From NCBI GenBank assembly GCA_900550175.1, contig URQX01000001.1, positions 1,487 to 65,486 of the forward strand: DNA of 64,000 nucleotides. The letters are read 5' to 3'. Positions 57,334-64,000 of this stretch are shown one piece after another. This DNA is from an uncultured Veillonella sp. (GTDB lineage: Bacteria > Bacillota > Negativicutes > Veillonellales > Veillonellaceae). Each line of letters begins with the position of its first letter. Position 1 is the stretch's first letter. Made by a program: the position numbers and the translations under genes. The notes beneath the pieces are model-generated. The model saw only the letters and a program-made list of their open reading frames with translations, was not told the DNA's origin and made no database searches.

Positions 57334-58057
57334 TAAGACAAAAACGATTACCAATGCTACTAGCAACGATGGGGCAGTACATACTGCAGTCCAGGACGGT
57401 CAATTTCAACCGCACATTACACAAGACATTGTAAAACATGTGCAATCCCTTGATGTGGCGGCCCTTGGTAAGGCTTTAAAATTAAAGGATGATAAGGCGC
57501 AGGCACTCTTTGATTTCTATCAAGATTTTGCGTCTCATCCCGCTGGATATGCTTGTGAAAGCTACGATGGCATTGCTTTCAAATATTTAGACTGGCAGAA
57601 CTTGTCCAATGAGGCTAAGGCCTTCGGTGAAAGCCATCTTGTTGTGATGTCTGCCTTGTACGGCGTTGTAGAGCCTACGATGGGCGTACGCGATTATCGA
57701 CTAGATATGGTCGATAAGGTAGGTATTAATTTATACGATACGTGGCGTGAAACGGTGGATGCATACTTTCACAAGGAAGATTGGATCCTAAATCTAGCGT
57801 CTAAAGAATATGCGAAAATGGTGAACCATCCAAAGGTGGTAACCATTGAATTTTGGGAATTGCGAGGCGACACATTTAAACAGATGAGTACATCCTCCAA
57901 AATGAGTCGTGGTATGATGGCTCATGCATGTTTGACGGAGCAAGTGAAACATGTACGAGATTTGCCGCGTGAAATTAATGGATTTATCTGTGTTACAGAT
58001 ATTGAATCCATTACCATACCAAGCGAATCGATGACGGTTCGTTATGAAAGGAAGTGA
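57311..58057 (+). CDS. yaaA: YaaA (DUF328) peroxide-stress protein
   Basis: IVLSPSK, YDGIAFKYLD, SALYG, YRLDM, LNLASKEY, K.SRG. Confidence 0.88.
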   Translation: MKIVLSPSKTKTITNATSNDGAVHTAVQDGQFQPHITQDIVKHVQSLDVAALGKALKLKDDKAQALFDFYQDFASHPAGYACESYDGIAFKYLDWQNLSNEAKAFGESHLVVMSALYGVVEPTMGVRDYRLDMVDKVGINLYDTWRETVDAYFHKEDWILNLASKEYAKMVNHPKVVTIEFWELRGDTFKQMSTSSKMSRGMMAHACLTEQVKHVRDLPREINGFICVTDIESITIPSESMTVRYERK

Positions 58058-59180
58058 TTGTTTGCAAGTGCAAGACATTCTCGGGAAAGACCTCGTTGGC
58101 GATGAATGGCTAACAGAGGATGAGCTAAGATTTCTCATGTCTGTAACTGATGAAGAACAGTTGCAGTTAATATATAAAAAGGCTTATGAAGTGAAGGCGA
58201 AATATGTAAAGCCTGTAGCGTATTATCGTGGCCTCATCGAGTTCTCGAACCGATGCATCAAAAACTGTAATTATTGCGGTATTCGTCGTGAAAATGATAA
58301 GACGGAACGCTTTGATATGAACCGTGAAGATATTATCAAGATGGCGCAGTGGGCCTATGACCATGAATATGGTTCTATTACGCTCCAATCTGGCGAACGG
58401 TGTGATGATGCCTTTGTGGATTATGTGGTGGATTTAATTCGCGATATTAAAGCCATTGGCGATGGTTCCCTGGGCATTACGATGTGCGTAGGGGAACAAA
58501 GCGAAGAGGCGTACCGCCGCATGCGTGAAGCCGGCGCTAGTCGTTATTTATTGCGCATTGAAACAACAAATAAAGAGCTATATCATAAAATTCATCCTCA
58601 AGATGAACTACACTCTTTTGAAACGCGCGTTGAATGCTTACGCAGTTTGCGCCGCGTAGGTTTCCAAGTAGGTACAGGTGTCATGATTGGTTTGCCTGGT
58701 CAAACAGAAGAAGACTTGGTAAATGATATCTTGTTTTATCGCGATATGGATATCGATATGATCGGCATGGGACCGTATGTGGTACATCACGATACGCCAT
58801 TAGGTCAAGAGGCATTAGCCATGGGCATCGATGACGAAGCTGGTAAATTGCGCCGCATTCAATTGGGTCTCAAGATGATTGCGTTAACACGTTTATTCTT
58901 AAAAGACGTAAATATTGCGGCCACAACAGCATTACAAGCGTTGGATAAACTAGGCCGTGAAAAGGGACTTGCTGCGGGTGCCAATATTTTGATGCCTATC
59001 ATTACTATTCCGGAACACCGTGCAAAATATTTGCTGTACGATAATAAACCTTGCGTAGATGATAATGCAGATAAATGTAAAGACTGCTTAACGCGTCGCG
59101 TAATGTCCATCGGCGATACCGTAGGCTGGAAGCAAAATGGGGACTCCAAACATTACGGTAAACGGACGGGAGAGTTTTAG
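58044..59180 (+). CDS. hydE: Radical SAM protein, [FeFe]-hydrogenase maturase HydE-like
   Basis: RGLIEFSNRCIKNCNYC, LQSGE, RYLLRIET, ATTAL, GANILMP, Y.LYDNKPC. The true start may be a few codons downstream. Confidence 0.85.
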   Translation: MKGSDCLQVQDILGKDLVGDEWLTEDELRFLMSVTDEEQLQLIYKKAYEVKAKYVKPVAYYRGLIEFSNRCIKNCNYCGIRRENDKTERFDMNREDIIKMAQWAYDHEYGSITLQSGERCDDAFVDYVVDLIRDIKAIGDGSLGITMCVGEQSEEAYRRMREAGASRYLLRIETTNKELYHKIHPQDELHSFETRVECLRSLRRVGFQVGTGVMIGLPGQTEEDLVNDILFYRDMDIDMIGMGPYVVHHDTPLGQEALAMGIDDEAGKLRRIQLGLKMIALTRLFLKDVNIAATTALQALDKLGREKGLAAGANILMPIITIPEHRAKYLLYDNKPCVDDNADKCKDCLTRRVMSIGDTVGWKQNGDSKHYGKRTGEF

Positions 59181-59218
59181 TATTTTAGAGACTTTTAGTT
59201 TGTATATGAGGTTGTATT

Positions 59219-59884
59219 ATGGAGACAAAATGGTATTCTGATTTTTGGCGGTTATTTGCGAGTCCTTTTAAAGGCGGTATTGATCAAGTTGTACAGTCCG
59301 GTACATTGAAAAAAGGTTTCTGGGGCACTGTATTCTTGTGGGCTATTCCATATATTATATTGGCTTTATTCGGGACTATGCTAATTCCCTTTCTCCCTCA
59401 TAATGAATTTACTGGTTTAACCTATTTAATTGGTATCGGTGCCAGCTTTATATTCATCTTTGCATGGCTTATCAGTATCGGCTGGTCCTTTGTGATGGTT
59501 GCTATCGCTTCTTATGTATATAACTGGGTTATTACTAAAATGGGTGGTACCGACAATGTACAAGCCATTATGAAAGTTAGTTGGTATCTACAAGGGTATG
59601 GCGTACTATTATTTAGTATTGGTTATACGATAGTCTTGGTTTTAATGGGCATATTAGGTCTAGCATCCGATAGTAGTGCCCTTGCTAGTGTCATCTATGT
59701 TGTAGGAACAATAGTATTATTTGTTATATCCATTTGGGTATCCTTAGAACTTATGGCAAGACAAGTAATGCTTACGAAGATGAAAGTATTCATTGCTTGC
59801 ATCTTAACGTCCATAATCATCGCTATAATTTGGGCACTTTTCATGGCACTTCTTAGTGGCTGTGCCTCTTTAGTGGGTAGATAA
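59219..59884 (+). CDS. Membrane protein (Yip1-like)
   Basis: Five hydrophobic segments. Family assignment is tentative. Confidence 0.6.
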   Translation: METKWYSDFWRLFASPFKGGIDQVVQSGTLKKGFWGTVFLWAIPYIILALFGTMLIPFLPHNEFTGLTYLIGIGASFIFIFAWLISIGWSFVMVAIASYVYNWVITKMGGTDNVQAIMKVSWYLQGYGVLLFSIGYTIVLVLMGILGLASDSSALASVIYVVGTIVLFVISIWVSLELMARQVMLTKMKVFIACILTSIIIAIIWALFMALLSGCASLVGR

Positions 59885-59910
59885 TACTGATTTATAAATT
59901 AATATTAATA

Positions 59911-59957
59911 AAGAGTCCTCTTTTTTTGATAAATTTTTTCGGAAAAAGAGGACTTTT
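59911..59957 (+). terminator. Probable terminator
   Basis: aaagagtcctcttttt ... aaaaagaggactttt. Confidence 0.65.
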
Positions 59958-60018
59958 CTATTTGGGTGTCGAAATGTATTAGCAAAAGCCGTAATTTGCC
60001 ATTAAGGAGGCGATTCCG

Positions 60019-62085
60019 ATGAAAGAGTACAGTAGTGATAAAATTAGAAATGTTGCTGTTGTTTCCCACGATGGTGCGGGTAAAACAGCTCTTGTCGAAT
60101 CTTTGTTGTTAACCTCTGGTGCAGTTGATTTCGTAGGTAAAGGCCAAGACAATAAACATATTATGGACTTTGAACCTGAAGAAATTAAACGTAACGTAAC
60201 AATCCAATTGGGCATGGCTCCATGTGAATGGCATGACCATAAGGTTAACTTCGTAGATACTCCAGGCTATAATGAATTCCATGGCGAAGTTCGTGCCGCT
60301 TTGCGTGCGTGCGATGGTATGTTAATGGTACTATCCGCCACATCTGGTGTAGAAACTGACACAGTTCGCGCTTGGGATTATGCAGTGGAATTACAAATGC
60401 CACGCATGGCATTTATCAATAAAATGGATGTTGATGGTGCCGATTTCTTCGGTACTATTGAAAGAATGCGGGAATTATTTGGCAAAGGCATTATGCCATT
60501 GCAGATTCCTATCGGTGAAGGCGCCAACTTTGAAGGCGTCGTAGACGTAGCAAAAATGACTGCGTTTACTTACAAGGACGGCCAACCAACAGAGATTGCT
60601 GTACCAGCTCACCTTATCGAAAAGGCTCAAGAAATTCGGGAAATGACCGTAGAAGCCGCGGCTGAAGGTAGCGATGAATTGTTGGAAAAATATTTAGAAG
60701 GCGAAGAATTATCCTTAGAGGAAATTCGCCAAGGCTTGCGTGAAGGGATGATTAGTGGCCGTGTGTGCCCAATCATGTGTGGCAGTGCCACATCTCGTAT
60801 TGGCCTAGATCAAGTATTGGATCGTATGATCCGTTACATGCCGGATGCAACTAAAAAAGTGATGACCGCAACTGATGCGGAAACCGGCGAACAATGTGTA
60901 GTACATGTAGATAAACCTTTAACTGCATTCGTATTTAAAACATTGTTAGACCCATTCGCAGGCAAACAAAGCTTTGTACGTATCTTCTCTGGTGAACTAA
61001 AAGAAGGCGATCGCCTTTATGATGTAAACCAAGGTGTAGAAGAAAAATGGGGCAAGATGGTTACCCTTATCGGGAAGCAACAAATCCCTGTGTCTGCCGC
61101 TAAAGCTGGCGATATCGTAGTGATACCGAAATTGGCTAATGCTAAGACTGGCGATACATTAACTGCTCCTGACTTTAAAGTGACATACGACGCTATCCGT
61201 TTCCCTCAACCTCTATACACAGTGGCATTGGAACCTGTGAAAAAAGGTGAGGAGGAAAAATTAGCTGGTGCTGTTCTAAAAGTAGCAGAAGAAGATCCTA
61301 CTTGCGTAGTAGTGAAAAATGCTGAGGCCCGTCAACTACAAATCGATTGTATGGGCGAGGTTCATCTCGAGCATATCCTCAACAAAATGGATCGTAAATA
61401 TGGCGTACAAGCTAAACTTGTGACTCCATACATTCCATACCGCGAAACCATTAAAGGCTCCGCTGAAACCGAGTCTAAATATAAGAAACAAAGTGGCGGT
61501 CATGGTCAATATGGTCACGTTAAGATTCAAGTGGACCCATTATACGATGGAAGCGAATTTGCATTCGTAGACAAAATCTTTGGTGGTGCTGTACCTAAAC
61601 AATACATACCAGCAGTGGAAAAGGGTGCCAAAGAAACCCTAGATAAAGGCTTAATTGCGGGATATCCTATGATTGGCGTGCAAGTGACACTCTTGGATGG
61701 ATCTTACCATAGCGTAGACTCCTCAGAGTTAGCATTCAAAGTAGCTACGTCACAGGCTATCAAGGATGTAATTCCTAAGGCGAAACCAGTCCTATTAGAA
61801 CCAATCTATGAAGTTAACGTGTTTGCACCAGATGCTTTCATGGGCGACATCATGGGTGATTTAAATAGTCGTCGAGGTCGTGTATTAGGCATGGAACAAA
61901 GTGAAAGAACAGGTATTTCTGTTGTTAAAGCACAAGTACCATTGGCTGAAATGTCCGACTATGTGACTGCATTGCGCTCCATCACTCAAGGACAAGGCGT
62001 ATTTAACCGTCAGTTCTATACATATGAAGAGGTTCCACATAAGCAAGCGGAAGAAATTATCGCTGCTCGTAAGACTCAAGAATAA
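60019..62085 (+). CDS. Elongation factor G paralogue (EF-G-like / FusA2)
   Basis: Full EF-G architecture (NKMD, KKQSGGHGQYG, DSSELAFK, LLEPI) with divergent SHDGAGKT, RNVTI and DTPGY motifs. Confidence 0.9.
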   Translation: MKEYSSDKIRNVAVVSHDGAGKTALVESLLLTSGAVDFVGKGQDNKHIMDFEPEEIKRNVTIQLGMAPCEWHDHKVNFVDTPGYNEFHGEVRAALRACDGMLMVLSATSGVETDTVRAWDYAVELQMPRMAFINKMDVDGADFFGTIERMRELFGKGIMPLQIPIGEGANFEGVVDVAKMTAFTYKDGQPTEIAVPAHLIEKAQEIREMTVEAAAEGSDELLEKYLEGEELSLEEIRQGLREGMISGRVCPIMCGSATSRIGLDQVLDRMIRYMPDATKKVMTATDAETGEQCVVHVDKPLTAFVFKTLLDPFAGKQSFVRIFSGELKEGDRLYDVNQGVEEKWGKMVTLIGKQQIPVSAAKAGDIVVIPKLANAKTGDTLTAPDFKVTYDAIRFPQPLYTVALEPVKKGEEEKLAGAVLKVAEEDPTCVVVKNAEARQLQIDCMGEVHLEHILNKMDRKYGVQAKLVTPYIPYRETIKGSAETESKYKKQSGGHGQYGHVKIQVDPLYDGSEFAFVDKIFGGAVPKQYIPAVEKGAKETLDKGLIAGYPMIGVQVTLLDGSYHSVDSSELAFKVATSQAIKDVIPKAKPVLLEPIYEVNVFAPDAFMGDIMGDLNSRRGRVLGMEQSERTGISVVKAQVPLAEMSDYVTALRSITQGQGVFNRQFYTYEEVPHKQAEEIIAARKTQE

Positions 62086-62216
62086 AGTTAAGAACATGTC
62101 CACGTACTGTATCAAATACAGTTAGAATCACTACAACTGAATAGATAATTGCATATCGTAACAACTTAATAGCATAACAATTGACGTAAGTCATAAATTT
62201 GAATAGTATTTTACAC

Positions 62217-62251
62217 AAGCCCTCCATATATGTAGCGTATGGAGGGCTTTT
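62217..62251 (+). terminator. Intrinsic terminator
   Basis: aagccctccata / tatggagggcttt. Confidence 0.8.
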
Positions 62252-62441
62252 ACTATATATGAAATAGATTAGGATAGAGCTTGATCAATAATGGAGAATA
62301 TTGAGACCTAATCACTGGTATGTGTAGATGCATTGGAAATCACAGAATTGCTAGTTCTTTATGTATATATGTGCTAACATTAAAGGTAATACAATTGCTT
62401 ATGTATCGGGTGTTATTTTATATATTGGGAAAGGATCGTAT

Positions 62442-62918
62442 ATGTTTTTCTCTAGCATTACTGCAGATTATACAAAAATGGGCTATCCTAAAGCCATCGT
62501 ACGAGCTTTAGATTTCTTAAAAAATACAGATTTGAAAGCATTGCCAGGCGGCCGTCATGCTATTGAAGGTGACATGATGTATGCCAATGTGGACGATGTA
62601 GAAACCAAGCTATTTGAAACTACAAAACCTGAATCTCATCGCAACTATGTAGATATTCAATTTATGGTGTGCGGCGAAGAAAATATGGGCTTTTTCGTAG
62701 ATAAAGGCCTTGTTAAACCGCTAGAATCCTATCCAGAACGAGATTGCTATTTCTATCCAAACGAATCCGTTGATGAAGGTCATATCTACTGTCCAGAAGG
62801 GTATTATGCAGTATTCTTCCCATCTGATATTCATAGACCACTGTTAGCAGTTAATGATAAGCCTATTAAAATCCGTAAAGTTGTTGTAAAAGTGCATGTC
62901 GATCTCTTAGGCGAGTAA
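62442..62918 (+). CDS. YhcH/YjgK/YiaL family protein
   Basis: ESHRNYVDIQF...GEE, FFPSDIHRP, IRKVVVKV. Confidence 0.9.
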   Translation: MFFSSITADYTKMGYPKAIVRALDFLKNTDLKALPGGRHAIEGDMMYANVDDVETKLFETTKPESHRNYVDIQFMVCGEENMGFFVDKGLVKPLESYPERDCYFYPNESVDEGHIYCPEGYYAVFFPSDIHRPLLAVNDKPIKIRKVVVKVHVDLLGE

Positions 62919-62922
62919 TTCT

Positions 62923-63816
62923 ATGAATCGATATGATATTATAGGTGTCTTACTAACCCTATTAGGGGCCATTTTATGGGGCGTATCAGGTACTTCAGTA
63001 CAGTTCTTAAGCAACTATAGGGATATGAACTTGGAATGGTTAGTTACCATGCGATTAATTACAGCGGGATTATTAACCGTTGTTTATGCGTGGTTTAAAT
63101 ATGGTAATTCTATCTTCGATGTCTTTCGTAGTTTAAAAGATACAGCAGGCCTTATCGTTTTTGGTGTATTTGGCATGGCCTTGTGCCAATATACATACTT
63201 TAAATCCATTGCTTTGGCTGGAGCTGGTATTGCGACGGTACTCCAATACTTGGCACCATCCATGATTATTATTTACATGCTAGCACGTTATGGTAAACGG
63301 CCCTCTAAAGGGGAGATTATTTCCGTTATACTGGCCTTGGTAGGTACGATTTGTTTGATGGGGAATGATGGCTTTTCTTTTGAAAGTTTCCCTCTTGCAG
63401 TGCTCGTGTGGGGCCTCTTATCTGCTGTAGGCGTCGCTGTATATAGTGTTTCTCCTGTAGATTTACTATATAAATATGGAACCTTACCAATTGTAGGTTT
63501 TGGTATGCTCCTCAGTGGTATTGTGGCGGCTATCTTGTTCCACCAACCAAATTCCTATGCTTTGTGGGATGTATGGACTGTTATTGGCTGTTTCAATGTT
63601 GTCTTTCTGGGGACCATTGTATCCTTTAACGCCTATTTAGAAGGGGTTAAGCGCATAGGCGCTGTGCCGGGCTCTATTTTGTCATCTATTGAGCCGATTT
63701 CGGCGGCTTTCTTTGGATGGGCTTTTTTAGACAACCAATTTAGTGCGTTAGGGCTAATTGGCATGGCCATGATCATCGCTACTGTTATTATTATTGCTCT
63801 TGAAAAACGTAATTAA
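62923..63816 (+). CDS. EamA/DMT family transporter
   Basis: LWGVSG, ATVLQYLAP, GSILSSIEP; about 10 TM helices. Confidence 0.9.
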   Translation: MNRYDIIGVLLTLLGAILWGVSGTSVQFLSNYRDMNLEWLVTMRLITAGLLTVVYAWFKYGNSIFDVFRSLKDTAGLIVFGVFGMALCQYTYFKSIALAGAGIATVLQYLAPSMIIIYMLARYGKRPSKGEIISVILALVGTICLMGNDGFSFESFPLAVLVWGLLSAVGVAVYSVSPVDLLYKYGTLPIVGFGMLLSGIVAAILFHQPNSYALWDVWTVIGCFNVVFLGTIVSFNAYLEGVKRIGAVPGSILSSIEPISAAFFGWAFLDNQFSALGLIGMAMIIATVIIIALEKRN

Positions 63817-63908
63817 TAATTGAGGTCTCTTTGCTGTATATTGCGGTTTAGAGGCCTCTTTGTTATGATGTTATAGTGTTTTACTGTCGCATTAGATGGA
63901 GGAATTAG

Positions 63909-64000
63909 ATGGGGGAGAAACAGTGGATTGGCATGGCGTTAGCTATTCTAGGAGCCTTGTTTTGGGGCCTTTCAGGCACTTCTGTACAATATCTGGAAGG
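63909..64000 (+). CDS. Second EamA/DMT transporter, 3'-truncated by the window edge
   Basis: GGAGG RBS. MGEKQWIGMALAILGALFWGLSGTSVQYLE parallels the N-terminus of the preceding gene. Confidence 0.8.
   Translation, partial: MGEKQWIGMALAILGALFWGLSGTSVQYLE

Noticed and set aside
750..62511. Numerous 60-200 aa ORFs antisense to or overlapping the called genes (e.g. 8028-8546, 9902-10522, 24810-25331, 48076-48540)
   Set aside because: They are shadow frames of well-supported genes, with no RBS or recognisable motifs.
1..64000. CRISPR arrays, rRNA, IS elements or prophage genes
   Set aside because: No regularly spaced repeats, rRNA-like sequence, transposase, integrase or phage structural genes were recognised.

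Overview
AT-rich chromosomal window from a diderm Firmicute, most likely a Veillonella species. This is inferred from Firmicute-type housekeeping genes alongside outer-membrane machinery (TpsB/TpsA, SLH/OmpM-like and AsmA-like proteins). From left to right it holds: the 3' end of pcp; a putative cysteine-S-conjugate salvage operon (Xi-class glutathione transferase, MmgE/PrpD protein, Tcy/Yxe-like ABC importer, GNAT); a WapI-like orphan immunity gene; rbsKDACB; a Phd/ParE type II toxin-antitoxin (TA) pair; an ECF transporter with a fused S-component/ATPase; an unannotated Fst/par-like type I TA locus; a Fic protein; hisJ and a full his cluster with a HisZ-HisG fusion and a second, degenerate hisF; cstA; several exported proteins; a 13-kb CdiBAI-like polymorphic toxin locus (barnase-type RNase tip plus barstar, then an orphan toxin/immunity module); queF; cysK-cysE; tRNA-Ser(GCT); an SLH protein; an internally deleted mntH relic; yaaA-hydE; an EF-G paralogue; a YhcH-family gene; and tandem EamA transporters. 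No CRISPR array, rRNA, integrase or transposase was seen. All calls come from motif recognition by eye; no database searches were run.
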